This document shows, piece after piece, positions 11,371-20,867 of a stretch of DNA of 64,000 nucleotides. Origin of the DNA: Bdellovibrionota bacterium (GTDB lineage: Bacteria; Bdellovibrionota_C; UBA2361; OMII01); contig JBIJBE010000010.1 in the NCBI GenBank assembly GCA_044345405.1, positions 1 through 64,000 of the forward strand. The letters run 5' to 3'. The notes beneath the pieces were generated by a model, which saw nothing but the letters and a program-made list of their open reading frames with translations, was not told the origin of the DNA and did not search any database. The position numbers and the translations under genes are program-made. Every line of letters begins with the position of its first letter. Within the stretch, counting starts at the first letter, position 1.

Positions 11371-11853
11371 ATGGCCATTAAGAATATTACATTAAGCAAC
11401 CTTAAGCCCAACAAAGGCGCTCGTAAGGCTCGCACCCGCGTAGGACGTGGAGAGGGCTCGGGTCATGGAAAGACCTCCGGAAAGGGAGGTAAGGGACAGA
11501 CCGCGCGAAGTGGCGGTGGAGTTCGAGCTGGATTCGAGGGAGGTCAGATGCCTCTCTACCGACGAGTACCAAAGGTCGGATTCACATCTCGTGTAAGCGT
11601 ACGTGGAGAGAACAAGTACAACGTAGTTCGCTTGTCGGCTCTTCAGAACGTGGCGAGTGGCGCGACCGTTGATATCGGCTCGATCCAGGCTCTTGGATAC
11701 GCTAAGAAGTCCTCGTTGAAGGCCGGTGTTAAGGTCCTCGCTGACAACGGCGAGTTCAACAAGAAGCTCCACCTCAAGGTGAACGCTATCTCCGCGAGCG
11801 CTCGCGCTCGTGTTGAGGCGGCTGGTGGAACGGTCGAGATCATCGGCGAGTAA
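11371..11853 (+). CDS. rplO: 50S ribosomal protein L15
   Basis: RVGRGEGSGHGKTSG, GFEGGQMPLYRRVPK; ATG 11371 follows a GAGG RBS. Confidence 0.97.
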   Translation: MAIKNITLSNLKPNKGARKARTRVGRGEGSGHGKTSGKGGKGQTARSGGGVRAGFEGGQMPLYRRVPKVGFTSRVSVRGENKYNVVRLSALQNVASGATVDIGSIQALGYAKKSSLKAGVKVLADNGEFNKKLHLKVNAISASARARVEAAGGTVEIIGE

Positions 11854-11884
11854 GTCGAAGGCTCTCTCGTTGAAAGCTTCTTTT

Positions 11885-11912
11885 AAAGCGACCCCGACGG
11901 GTCGCTTTTTTT
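11885..11912 (+). terminator. Intrinsic terminator after rplO
   Basis: AAAGCGACCC-cgac-GGGTCGCTTT, T7 run. Confidence 0.85.
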
Positions 11913-12224
11913 ATGCCATTTGTTCCCGCGGAAAGTGGGTAACGATAGAGGCTCGCGCGAGCGAGGAAGGGATAGTTGCTGATACCCTCGCGCGAAGAGT
12001 TCCTGAGAGCCGTCATCTAGCTTCGAGTGCCCTGAGAAAAGGGCTCCAAAATCGGTTTTCTTTTGCACAATCGTGTGGTCATGTTCTTAAAGACACTATT
12101 TCCCGGAGGTATCGCGTGGTAGTATTTTGCGGCCCGGTTCCGGTAGGTTTATAGTGCCTTACTCTTCGAGCGGTGTCATAGTGCGCTCGCGGTTCCGACT
12201 AACCTAGTTTTTCACGAGGATGTG

Positions 12225-13559
12225 ATGAGCGGTCTGCCCCAGGTGTTTCAAATTCCGGAATTAAAGAAGCGACTCCTGTTCACGATATCGATGCTCGCTG
12301 TGTATCGATTCGGCGTTTTCGTTTCAACCCCCGGTGTAAACGTGGACGCGATTCGACGAATGTTCGAGGAGAACGCGAATACGCTCTTCGGTCTCATCAA
12401 TCTCTTCTCCGGAGGAGCGCTTGAGCAATTCTCGATCTTTACGCTCGGAATCTCTCCGTACATCACGGTCTCAATCATCATTCAACTTCTCTCGCCAAGC
12501 ATCCCGTATCTTGAGAACCTCAAGAAAGAGGGGGAGGCGGGGCGTCGTGTAATCACTCGCTATACTCGGCAGTTCACCATCCTGCTCGCGCTCTTCCAGA
12601 GCTTCATGATCGCGCGCGCGTTGGAGTCTCGTGGTTTGGCGACTCCGAGCTTGTCCTTCGAGCTCACCACGATGATTACACTCACCGCTGGTACCGCTTT
12701 CGTGATGTGGCTTGGAGAGCAGATCACCGAACGTGGTCTCGGTAACGGCACAAGTATCATCATCTTCGCTGGTATCGCGGCTCGAATGCCATCGGTGTTC
12801 GGTTCGACCGTGGAGCTCGCCCGAACGGGAGAACTCTCGCCGTTCGCGGTTCTGGCGTTGCTTGCCTTCTCTCTCTTCACGATCTACGCGATCATCTTCG
12901 TTGAGCGGTCACACCGTAAGATTCCGATCCAGTACCCACGTCGTATGGTCGGTAAGCGCATGACACAGGCTCAAACTCAGTACATGCCACTTAAGGTGAA
13001 TATGACTGGAGTAATCCCACCGATCTTCGCGTCCGCTATCATGATGCTCCCAGCGACTATCATGACCGTGATTCCGGCAGCTGATTTCCCAGCGCTCAAG
13101 ACCTTTCTTACGCCAGGGGAGTGGGGTTATGAGTCGGTGTACGTGGGCTTGATCGTTCTCTTTAGCTTCTTCTACACGGCTGTGGTCTTTAACCCAGTTG
13201 AGGTGGCTGAGAACCTGAAGAAGAACGGCGGATTTATTCCACTCGTTCGTCCGGGACAGGAGACCGCTGATTATCTGTATGGTGTCTTGAATCGACTCAC
13301 CTTGTGGGGCGCAATCTACATCTCGCTTGTGTGTGTGATTCCGCAGGTCGTGTACATCGGCATGGGTGCTTCTCAGTTCGCCTACGTCTTTGGTGGAACC
13401 GCGGTGCTTATCGTTGTCGGTGTGACGCTTGATACCTCAGCGCAGATCGAATCGATGCTTGTCGCTCGTAACTACGAGGCCTTCATGTCTCGGTCGAGCA
13501 AAGACCAGGGTAGCCTTGGCGCCATCAGTTACAACCGAAGCCGACTCGTTCGTCGATAG
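12225..13559 (+). CDS. secY: Preprotein translocase subunit SecY
   Basis: FSGGAL, LGISPYIT, MWLGEQITERGLGNG, GVIPPIFA, NLKKNGGFIP; ATG 12225 or GTG 12222. Confidence 0.98.
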   Translation: MSGLPQVFQIPELKKRLLFTISMLAVYRFGVFVSTPGVNVDAIRRMFEENANTLFGLINLFSGGALEQFSIFTLGISPYITVSIIIQLLSPSIPYLENLKKEGEAGRRVITRYTRQFTILLALFQSFMIARALESRGLATPSLSFELTTMITLTAGTAFVMWLGEQITERGLGNGTSIIIFAGIAARMPSVFGSTVELARTGELSPFAVLALLAFSLFTIYAIIFVERSHRKIPIQYPRRMVGKRMTQAQTQYMPLKVNMTGVIPPIFASAIMMLPATIMTVIPAADFPALKTFLTPGEWGYESVYVGLIVLFSFFYTAVVFNPVEVAENLKKNGGFIPLVRPGQETADYLYGVLNRLTLWGAIYISLVCVIPQVVYIGMGASQFAYVFGGTAVLIVVGVTLDTSAQIESMLVARNYEAFMSRSSKDQGSLGAISYNRSRLVRR

Positions 13560-13586
13560 TACGGGCTCTTACGAAAGAGGAGTTTT

Positions 13587-14150
13587 ATGCAAGTTGTTTT
13601 GTTGGGACCTCCAGGCGCGGGAAAGGGAACTCAAGCCGCCAAGATCTGCGCGCGGTACAACATTCCGCATATCTCAACCGGAGATATGCTTCGGCAGCAG
13701 GTTTCCTCGGGGTCTCCTCTCGGTAACAAAGTGAAGTCGATCCTCGACTCGGGCGAGCTGGTGACAGATGACGTTATCATGCAAGTGGTTGAGGCTCGAC
13801 TCTCGCAGCCCGATTGTAAGAACGGTTTCCTCCTTGATGGCATTCCTCGCACCGTCGCTCAGGCTCAAAGTTTGGGCACCCTTCTTTTGAAGATGGGCGC
13901 GGCTAAGCTCAAAGTACTCCAAATTAACGTTCCTGATGAAACCCTGCTTGAGCGCATTCAGGGCCGTCAGGGGCAGTCGAGCCGTTCCGATGACACCGCC
14001 GAGGTTGCGGCTAAGCGCCTCAAGGTGTACTGGGAGCAGACCGCGCCAGTTGCGAACTATTACGAACAGCACGGAAATTTGGTCAAGCTGGATGGGGTTG
14101 GGACGGTTGATGAGGTTTTTGACCGCATCACGTCCGCTCTGGGGGCTTAA
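13587..14150 (+). CDS. adk: Adenylate kinase, short-LID form
   Basis: GPPGAGKGTQA, HISTGDMLR, LDGIPRT, RSDD; no LID zinc motif. Confidence 0.97.
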   Translation: MQVVLLGPPGAGKGTQAAKICARYNIPHISTGDMLRQQVSSGSPLGNKVKSILDSGELVTDDVIMQVVEARLSQPDCKNGFLLDGIPRTVAQAQSLGTLLLKMGAAKLKVLQINVPDETLLERIQGRQGQSSRSDDTAEVAAKRLKVYWEQTAPVANYYEQHGNLVKLDGVGTVDEVFDRITSALGA

Positions 14151-14324
14151 TTGTGCTCCGATAGCCAGGGAGGGGGGTATTTGCTCCCGTTTTGCTAGCG
14201 TGCTTTTCCGGGTTTTATAAGGGGTTTTTCGGCTTTTTCCATTCAGGTGTTCGGGACTCAAAAGAATCCCCATCAAAAGCCCCCAAATTGTAAAGAGAGG
14301 CCTACTCTTCTGGGGGCGCAGGGC

Positions 14325-14352
14325 TTGTAATGGACCTGGAAATATGTAAAAT
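14325..14352 (+). promoter_or_regulatory. Putative sigma70 promoter for the rpmJ-alpha operon
   Basis: TTGTAA-16 nt-TAAAAT, with phased T tracts upstream. Confidence 0.5.
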
Positions 14353-14507
14353 TCGGGCCTCTTTATGCAGGACGTCTGCGCGCCGTGGGTGCCTTTTAGG
14401 CCGGAAATGAGCGGGTAGGTCCATGGTAAGTATCCAATGTTATTGGAGCTTTTAGCGAAAGGTACCGCAAGGTTCGCGGGCCTTTTTGAAGCTTTTAGGA
14501 GAGTGTT

Positions 14508-14624
14508 GTGAAGGTCCGAGCGTCTGTAAAGCCAATTTGTAGCTACTGCAAAGTGATCAAGCGTAAAGGCAAGATCTACGTCTTCTGTAGCCGTACGCCT
14601 AAGCACAAACAACGACAGGGTTAA
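14508..14624 (+). CDS. rpmJ: 50S ribosomal protein L36 (absent from the ORF track; Zn-binding C+ form)
   Basis: Manual translation [38 protein letters not shown]; GTG start, AGGAG RBS. Confidence 0.97.
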   Translation: MKVRASVKPICSYCKVIKRKGKIYVFCSRTPKHKQRQG

Positions 14625-14646
14625 TTAAGTAGTAGGAGTTTAAGTC

Positions 14647-15030
14647 ATGCCACGTATCGCAGGTGTTGACCTTCCGCGTAATAAGCGAATCATCCTTGGC
14701 CTCACGTACATTTACGGCGTAGGTCTTTCAAAGTCCAAAGCGATCCTCGCTGAGGCGGGTATCGATATGTCAGTTCGAACTGACAATCTCACAGAAGAAC
14801 AGGTTGATAAGATCCGAAAGATCATCGAGCGACGTGAGAAGGTAGAGGGAGATCTCCGTCGAGAGGTTTCCGCTTCCCTCAAGCGATTGATGGACCTTGG
14901 TTGCTACCGTGGTCTCCGTCACCGTAAGAATCTCCCAGCTCGTGGTCAACGCACTCGCACGAACGCTCGTACGAGAAAGGGACCACGTCGTGCTCCGATT
15001 GCTGGCAAGAAGGCAGCAACGAAGACCTAA
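14647..15030 (+). CDS. rpsM: 30S ribosomal protein S13
   Basis: [34 protein letters not shown]. Confidence 0.98.
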   Translation: MPRIAGVDLPRNKRIILGLTYIYGVGLSKSKAILAEAGIDMSVRTDNLTEEQVDKIRKIIERREKVEGDLRREVSASLKRLMDLGCYRGLRHRKNLPARGQRTRTNARTRKGPRRAPIAGKKAATKT

Positions 15031-15083
15031 TGTGGAGTAGGTGAGTAACGTAAGATTTGAAAACACCTTGTAAGGAGTAGTTT

Positions 15084-15485
15084 GTGGCAGAGGCACGCGC
15101 AACCAATACCGCGGTAAAGAAGAAGAAGGTAAAAAAGAACGTCCCCGTTGGAGTGGCTCACGTTCACGCGACCTTCAATAACACGATCGTTACTATCACG
15201 GATCCAGCTGGAAACGTGATCGCATCGTCGAGCTCAGGAGCTAACGGATTCAAGGGTTCGAGAAAGTCGACCCCGTTCGCCGCTCAGGTAGCGGGTGATT
15301 CCGCCGCTCGTAAGGCTAAAGAGGCAGGCGTTCGCACAGTGAGCGTTCGCGTTAAGGGGCCAGGTTCCGGACGTGAGTCCGCTCTCCGCGCTCTTCACCT
15401 CGCTGGTCTTCAAGTAACGTTGATCAAAGATATCACGCCGGTTCCTCACAACGGATGCCGAGCGCGTAAGAGTCGTCGAGTATAG
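15084..15485 (+). CDS. rpsK: 30S ribosomal protein S11
   Basis: [32 protein letters not shown]. Confidence 0.98.
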   Translation: MAEARATNTAVKKKKVKKNVPVGVAHVHATFNNTIVTITDPAGNVIASSSSGANGFKGSRKSTPFAAQVAGDSAARKAKEAGVRTVSVRVKGPGSGRESALRALHLAGLQVTLIKDITPVPHNGCRARKSRRV

Positions 15486-15509
15486 TTTTCGTAAGAGAGG
15501 CATTTAGTC

Positions 15510-16136
15510 ATGGCAAGATATTGCGGTTCAGTTTGTCGCTTGTGCCGTCGAGAGGGGGAGAAGCTCTTCCTCAAGGGCGAGAGGTGTTTCACCGGCAAGT
15601 GCGCGGTAGAGAAGCGAGAGGGTGGTCCAGGTCAGCACGGCCGTGGACGTCAGGCTTTCTCCAACTACAAGATTCAGCTTCGTGAGAAGCAGAAGGTTAA
15701 GCGGTCCTACGGCCTCCTCGAGGCTAAGTTCCACAACACCTTCGAGCGCGCGGCATCTACCAAGGGTGTTACCGGTACTGAGCTTCTTGTTCTCCTTGAG
15801 CGACGGCTTGATAACGTTGTTTACCGACTTGGGTTCGGTTCATCCCGTCGTCAGGCTCGACAGATCGTTAACCATGGTCGTATCCTTGTGAACGGCAAGC
15901 GTATTTCCATTCCGTCATACACGTTGTCCCCAGGCGACGTTGTTGAGGTAGCTGAGAAGGGCAAGACCAACCCGTTGATTATTGCGGGTATGGAAGCTGC
16001 TAAGTCTCGTGTTATTCCTGAGTGGCTTACGCTCGACCAGGCAGCGACTCGAGGAACGGTTAACTCTGTTCCAACTCGGGAGCAGTTGCCACCTACGATC
16101 CGCGAGCAGCTGATCGTTGAGTTGTATTCACGGTAG
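15510..16136 (+). CDS. rpsD: 30S ribosomal protein S4
   Basis: CRLCRREG...C...KC zinc motif, LREKQK, LERRLDNVVYRLG, VELYS. Confidence 0.98.
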   Translation: MARYCGSVCRLCRREGEKLFLKGERCFTGKCAVEKREGGPGQHGRGRQAFSNYKIQLREKQKVKRSYGLLEAKFHNTFERAASTKGVTGTELLVLLERRLDNVVYRLGFGSSRRQARQIVNHGRILVNGKRISIPSYTLSPGDVVEVAEKGKTNPLIIAGMEAAKSRVIPEWLTLDQAATRGTVNSVPTREQLPPTIREQLIVELYSR

Positions 16137-16221
16137 TTAAAGTTCCGCGCTCGTGCGTCTCAGCCTAGTTGGTTGAGGGTAGAGCGCGGTTGTGTGCGTT
16201 TTAATTGATAGGGATAGAGAC

Positions 16222-17238
16222 ATGAAGAAGATCAGTCTCAAGGACTTGATAAGCCCAAACCGAGTTGAGGTTGAGGGCGCAACAGCTGATAGCCGCTACG
16301 GTAAGTTCATCGCGGAGCCGCTTGAGCGTGGTTTCGGTATGACTATCGGAACGGCTTTGAGGAGAATTCTCCTTTCGTCGCTTCAGGGCGCGGCTATCAC
16401 CTCGATTCGCGTTGAGGGAGCCTCGCACGAGTTCTGCACGATGCCTGGCATCGTTGAGGATGTAACTGAGCTTTCGCTCAACCTTAAGGAGGTTGTTCTT
16501 CGCCTCGAGGATAAAGAGGAGGCAGTTCTCCACCTTGAGGCTCAGGGCCCAGGGCAGGTGACCGCTGGAATGTTCCAGGGGGACCCAGCCGTTCAGGTAT
16601 TGAACCCAGAGCTTGTGATCGCACACCTCGGAGAGGGCGCGTCACTCAAGATGGAAGTTACCGTGAAGGTTGGACGTGGATATGTTCCAGCTGACAAGAA
16701 CAAGGTTGAAGGCGCTCCTGTTGGAACCGTTTTCATCGATTCTATCTTCTCGCCAATTCGTCGTGTGAATCTCGCTGTTACCAACGCTCGTGTTGGTCAA
16801 CGCACTGACTACGACAAGCTCGCGATGGAGATCTGGACCAACGGCAGCATCGACCCACGCGCGGCGATCGCTCAAGCGGCTCACATCCTCGTTGATCAAC
16901 TTGGCATCTTCGTAGGAGATGACCTCATCGTTGAGCGAGAGGAGCCGAAGAGCGAAGAGCCTTCGAAGCGTTGGAACGAGAACCTCTTCCGTCGTATTGA
17001 CGAGCTTGAGCTTAGCGTTCGTTCCGCTAACTGCCTCGAGAACGCTGATATCAAGTACATCGGCGAGCTTGTTCAGAAGACTGAGGCAGAGATGCTTCGT
17101 ACTAAGAATTTCGGTCGTAAGTCTCTCAATGAGATCAAGGAGATCCTCTCTGATATGGGACTCTCTCTTGGACTTAAGCTTGAAGAGTTCCCTGCTCGCA
17201 AGGACCTCGACCAGCTCAAGGAGCAAACAGACCACTAA
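16222..17238 (+). CDS. rpoA: RNA polymerase subunit alpha
   Basis: [47 protein letters not shown]; ATG 16222 preferred. Confidence 0.98.
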   Translation: MKKISLKDLISPNRVEVEGATADSRYGKFIAEPLERGFGMTIGTALRRILLSSLQGAAITSIRVEGASHEFCTMPGIVEDVTELSLNLKEVVLRLEDKEEAVLHLEAQGPGQVTAGMFQGDPAVQVLNPELVIAHLGEGASLKMEVTVKVGRGYVPADKNKVEGAPVGTVFIDSIFSPIRRVNLAVTNARVGQRTDYDKLAMEIWTNGSIDPRAAIAQAAHILVDQLGIFVGDDLIVEREEPKSEEPSKRWNENLFRRIDELELSVRSANCLENADIKYIGELVQKTEAEMLRTKNFGRKSLNEIKEILSDMGLSLGLKLEEFPARKDLDQLKEQTDH

Positions 17239-17288
17239 AACGGCAGGGCGGTACGGGTGCGTACCGCCTGTAATTGGGTGTAGGAAGT

Positions 17289-17765
17289 ATGAGACACGGA
17301 AAAGGTCTAAGAAAGTTAAGCAGAAACATCAGCCACAGAAAGGCTCTGTTGCGCAATCTCGCTACCTCGTTCTTCAAGTACGAGCGATTTGAGACGACAG
17401 TGCCAAAGGCGAAGGAGCTTCGTCCAGTTGTTGAGCGTCTTGTGACGCTTGGCAAGAACGACACGCTTGCAGCTCGCCGTCAGGCTTACAGCTACCTTAT
17501 GGACAAGGCTGTGGTTCACAAGCTCTTTACGGACATCGGCCCTCGTAACGCTACCCGCAATGGAGGATACACCCGTATCGTTCGTACGCGTGTACGTCCG
17601 GGTGACGCTGCTGAGCTCGCGGTTATCGAGCTCGTTGACAAGGCTGAGGCTAAGTCAGCTTCGAAGGAGGCTCCTGCTAAGAAGGCTGCTCCTAAGAAGG
17701 CTGCCGCTGCTAAGAAGCCAGCGGCTAAGAAGGCTCCAGCTAAGAAGAAGGCAGCCGCTGAGTAA
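17289..17765 (+). CDS. rplQ: 50S ribosomal protein L17 with PAKKA-rich C-terminal tail
   Basis: MRHG..RKLSR, TTVPKAKELR, RNGGYTRI. Confidence 0.97.
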   Translation: MRHGKGLRKLSRNISHRKALLRNLATSFFKYERFETTVPKAKELRPVVERLVTLGKNDTLAARRQAYSYLMDKAVVHKLFTDIGPRNATRNGGYTRIVRTRVRPGDAAELAVIELVDKAEAKSASKEAPAKKAAPKKAAAAKKPAAKKAPAKKKAAAE

Positions 17766-17798
17766 TCAGCCGGTCATTCTCTCAGAAGAGTTAGCAAG

Positions 17799-17829
17799 AA
17801 AGCGAACCCCTAACCGGGTTCGCTTTTTT
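17799..17829 (+). terminator. Intrinsic terminator ending the alpha operon
   Basis: AAAGCGAACCC/GGGTTCGCTTT stem, T6 run. Confidence 0.85.
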
Positions 17830-17883
17830 GTATGCGCGGGACTCTGCGCCCAGGTGTTGTGTTCAACGAGAGAGGGGAAAACC

Positions 17884-18654
17884 ATGGGAATGTTTGACGG
17901 AAAGAAGATCCTCGTTCTTGGTGTTGCCAACGATCGGAGTATCGCCTGGGGCATGGCTGAGGCCCTTCATCGAGAGGGGGCACAGCTTGCCTTCAATTAC
18001 CTGAATGAGGCCCTAGAGCGGCGTGTACGGCCCCTCGCGGAGGGACTAGGGTGTCGGAACGTGTACCCCTGTGATGTGCAGTCAGACGAGCAATTAGACG
18101 CTCTCTTCGCCCGTCTTAAGGAGGATTGGGGAACGATCGACGGCGTCATTCACTCTCTCGCCTATGCCGACAAAGAGGACCTCTCGAATCGTTTCGTGCA
18201 AACCTCTCGGGCGGGGTTCCAGCTCGCCCTGGACGTCTCAGCGTATTCACTCGTCGCCGTGGCTCGGCGGGCCCTTCCCCTGATGTCTGAGAACGGTGGA
18301 TCGCTCGTGACCCTTACCTACCTTGGTTCCGAGAGGGTGGTCTCAAACTACAACGTGATGGGGGTTGCCAAGGCCGCCCTTGAGGCTTCGGTGCGGTATC
18401 TGGCCGCCGATCTTGGGGAGTTCAATATTCGAGTCAACGCAATCTCCGCGGGACCTATCAAGACCCTAGCGGCATCCGGTATTCCGCAGTTCCGAGATAT
18501 GCTCGCGGCGTTCGCTGAGAAGGCGCCCTTGCGCCGTAACGTGACCCAGGACGACGTGGCTAACACCGGGCTCTACCTCCTCGGGCCGCTCGGTAGGGGA
18601 GTGACGGGAGAGGTCGTGTACGTCGATTGCGGCTTCAACATAATGGGATCATAA
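17884..18654 (+). CDS. fabI: Enoyl-ACP reductase FabI
   Basis: GVANDRSIAWG, YNVMGVAKAALE, ISAGPIKTLAA; likely start ATG 17884. Confidence 0.95.
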   Translation: MGMFDGKKILVLGVANDRSIAWGMAEALHREGAQLAFNYLNEALERRVRPLAEGLGCRNVYPCDVQSDEQLDALFARLKEDWGTIDGVIHSLAYADKEDLSNRFVQTSRAGFQLALDVSAYSLVAVARRALPLMSENGGSLVTLTYLGSERVVSNYNVMGVAKAALEASVRYLAADLGEFNIRVNAISAGPIKTLAASGIPQFRDMLAAFAEKAPLRRNVTQDDVANTGLYLLGPLGRGVTGEVVYVDCGFNIMGS

Positions 18655-18664
18655 TACCGCCCAT

Positions 18665-19027
18665 ATGGCGACAAATGGCAGCTCCAAAGAGGCGAAAGCC
18701 CTTCTTGAACTAGGAAAGAAAGCGGTCGCCGCGATCCGTGAGGGCTCCGCTGACGTGTTGGACGTGATCGACGCGTACGTGGAGGGGTTCTCCAAATGGG
18801 AAGCTACCTGGAAGAGCTCACATGGGGGTGGTAAGGTACTTGCGCCGGCGGAGCAGCAGGTAGCGCAGCGACTCGCCAATCAGCACGCGCAGATCGTTCG
18901 ACTTACCGGGGAGATGCAGGCCCAGTTTTTGGAATCATTGAGAGGGCTCCGAACCAAAGAGAAGGGGCTCAAGCGATACATCGATCAATTGCCCCAACGG
19001 ATCGGCTCGATAAACAGGAAAGGATAG
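18665..19027 (+). CDS. Hypothetical helical protein
   Basis: 120 aa ORF tightly packed between fabI and lptE; no family recognised. Confidence 0.7.
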   Translation: MATNGSSKEAKALLELGKKAVAAIREGSADVLDVIDAYVEGFSKWEATWKSSHGGGKVLAPAEQQVAQRLANQHAQIVRLTGEMQAQFLESLRGLRTKEKGLKRYIDQLPQRIGSINRKG

Positions 19028-19029
19028 TC

Positions 19030-19626
19030 ATGAAGAGAATCGCGACCCTTGTAGCTGTCACTCTCATCACGCTGATGGGAACGGGATGTGGATATACCCT
19101 TCGAGGATCCGGCAGCGTTCTCCCGGCTGACGTGAAGAACATTTACATCCCGCGAGTAGAGAACGGCTCGACTGAGCTTGGACTCGCGGACGTCGTCACT
19201 GACGCCCTTCGTGATGAGTTCGATAGCTACGGTACCGTATCGGTCGTTGAGAAGCAGGGTGAGGCTGACGCTATCCTTAAGGTGCGTATCGTCGACGTGA
19301 AAAATACGACCAGCACCGTAAACGCGGCGACGAATACTTCGCTTCAAATGGACACCACGATGTTGCTTGGTGGTGAATTGCGTCGGACCACCGGACAGAT
19401 ATTGTGGCGTGAAAATAACCTCAAGGTAACGAAGGAGTACGCGGCCAATCAGAGCGTTGTGGTTACGACCTCGCCTGATTTCGCGAGCGGTTCGATCTCG
19501 GCGTCAGACCTCGCGAGTTTGAGTTCAAGGGATATCGCGCGTGGTCAGGAGGCGCAGGCGCTCAACGACCTCGCTAACAACGCGGCCCGCATGATTTACG
19601 ACAAGTCGGTCGCTCCAGATTTTTAG
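19030..19626 (+). CDS. lptE: LptE-family LPS assembly lipoprotein
   Basis: Lipobox TGC followed by GYTLRG; LP..VKNIYI..VEN.S. Confidence 0.8.
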   Translation: MKRIATLVAVTLITLMGTGCGYTLRGSGSVLPADVKNIYIPRVENGSTELGLADVVTDALRDEFDSYGTVSVVEKQGEADAILKVRIVDVKNTTSTVNAATNTSLQMDTTMLLGGELRRTTGQILWRENNLKVTKEYAANQSVVVTTSPDFASGSISASDLASLSSRDIARGQEAQALNDLANNAARMIYDKSVAPDF

Positions 19627-19651
19627 TAGTAACAGTGAAAAGGCTTAGACC

Positions 19652-20149
19652 ATGTTAGAAACAACCGTAGAAGAAGTAACGACCGCGCTTACAAACGCCA
19701 AGAATCTTAATTCGGCGCTCAAGAGCTTCTTGAAGCGAGAGGGAACCCAGACCCCGCAAGTCGCCACGTTCGCCAAGGAGTTTCGTGGTGTGGTCTCGAG
19801 TGGGCGTCCCGAGCCTGTGCGATTGTTCATTGAGGCAAACTATGACAAGCGCCCGATGTACTTCCTCGGAGTCGCGCGATATGCCTACCCGGAGCTTATC
19901 GAAACGGTCGTTGGAAAGATTATCGAGCAGCACGCCGAGACCTTCAACACGACATACGAGCGCGCCGAGCAGGGGATTAAGGTAACTGACGCCAAGGCTT
20001 TCGGTTCGATTGTGAAGAGCGTTGCTCAGATGATCGACGAAGGGCTTACGAGCTCAAACGTCCCAGCCTCAAACTTTATGCGCAACGCTGTCATGGCGAG
20101 TGTATTTGAGCCTGACGTTCTCACCGAGGTTCTCAAGGTGGTTAAATAG
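19652..20149 (+). CDS. Hypothetical protein
   Basis: 165 aa ORF with host-like codons, followed by a hairpin. Confidence 0.75.
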   Translation: MLETTVEEVTTALTNAKNLNSALKSFLKREGTQTPQVATFAKEFRGVVSSGRPEPVRLFIEANYDKRPMYFLGVARYAYPELIETVVGKIIEQHAETFNTTYERAEQGIKVTDAKAFGSIVKSVAQMIDEGLTSSNVPASNFMRNAVMASVFEPDVLTEVLKVVK

Positions 20150-20175
20150 GCAACCACCGTCGCGTAGCAGGAGAG

Positions 20176-20210
20176 GGCCTGGTATCACGGTGGTGGTGCC
20201 AGGCCCTTTG
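20176..20210 (+). terminator. Hairpin, putative terminator (copy 1 of a duplicated 32-mer)
   Basis: GGCCTGGTATCAC-ggtg-GTGGTGCCAGGCC then cttt. Confidence 0.55.
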
Positions 20211-20233
20211 TCGTTATCACGGCTGGGCGATGG

Positions 20234-20370
20234 GGGAGGGCGACCATTCCTGGTCGCCGAAAGGTTGCGCAGCGCACACTACATTCCCATATTGCAACGC
20301 GGCGGTCAGGAATGACCGCCCTCCCAAGTCACGCGTAGCACCACCGGAGGGCGACCATTCCTGGTCGCCG
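20234..20370. repeat. REP-like cluster 1 (A+, B-, A+)
   Basis: (G/C)GGAGGGCGACCATTCCTGGTCGCCG at 20234 and 20345; inverted B variant at 20300-20325. Confidence 0.9.
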
Positions 20371-20390
20371 AAAGGTTGCGGAGGGGACAG

Positions 20391-20432
20391 AAAAGAAAAA
20401 GGCCTGGCATCACGGTGGTGGAGCCAGGCCCT
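20391..20432 (-). terminator. Terminator for the minus-strand gene (copy 2 of the duplicated 32-mer)
   Basis: GGCCTGGC...GCCAGGCC hairpin preceded by aaaagaaaaa (U tract on minus strand). Confidence 0.7.
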
Positions 20433-20453
20433 CTCTCTTAGGCTTATCGATAA

Positions 20454-20747
20454 TTATCGACGAGCGCTCTTCTTCGCTGGAGCCTTCTCCATGCCAAAGA
20501 AGATTCGGATGAGGCCGTGTGCCTCAGTCTTGAAATCCTTCTGAGAGATCTTTGGGTTGTTAGTTACGATCAGGTCGCCAACAAGCTCCATGATCCCTTC
20601 GCAGTGGTGCTTGAGAAGCTTCATCCCTTCCTTGGTCGCGAGAACTGGAACCGAAGGAGGAATAACCTTGGTCGCGGTCTTCTTGCCAGTCTTCGCGGCT
20701 ACTTTCTTTGAAGCTTTCTTTGGGGCTGTTTTCTTCTTTGCTGCCAT
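20454..20747 (-). CDS. Small basic protein with histone-H1-like Lys/Ala/Pro tails
   Basis: MAAKKKTAPKKASKK... and ...APAKKSARR; GAGG RBS; terminator follows. Confidence 0.75.
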   Translation of the reverse strand: MAAKKKTAPKKASKKVAAKTGKKTATKVIPPSVPVLATKEGMKLLKHHCEGIMELVGDLIVTNNPKISQKDFKTEAHGLIRIFFGMEKAPAKKSARR

Positions 20748-20867
20748 GTTTTTCCTCTAGACGGGATTAGTCGAAGGGGATGGTGTCACGGACAGCCGAT
20801 AACCTCAAGCGTTCATCTCATTCGATTCCTTCGCGACAACTGGTCGCCTCAGTTCTCCCTCGTTCGC

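Noticed and set aside
364-17464. Many long antisense or alternate-frame ORFs over ribosomal genes (e.g. 1601-2200, 4198-4818, 13674-14612, 16642-17235)
   Set aside because: Shadow ORFs from codon bias of highly expressed genes; no recognisable motifs
17449-17883. Apparent 145-aa N-terminal extension of FabI
   Set aside because: Runs through rplQ in another frame and across a terminator; the likely start is ATG 17884
20234-20370. Possible CRISPR mini-array (also 31580-31744)
   Set aside because: Units alternate in orientation and type, spacing is irregular, copies are dispersed, and no cas genes are present
20230-20544. ORF with repeated EGDHSWSPKGC peptide
   Set aside because: Translation of the REP-like repeats; overlaps a terminator and the opposite gene
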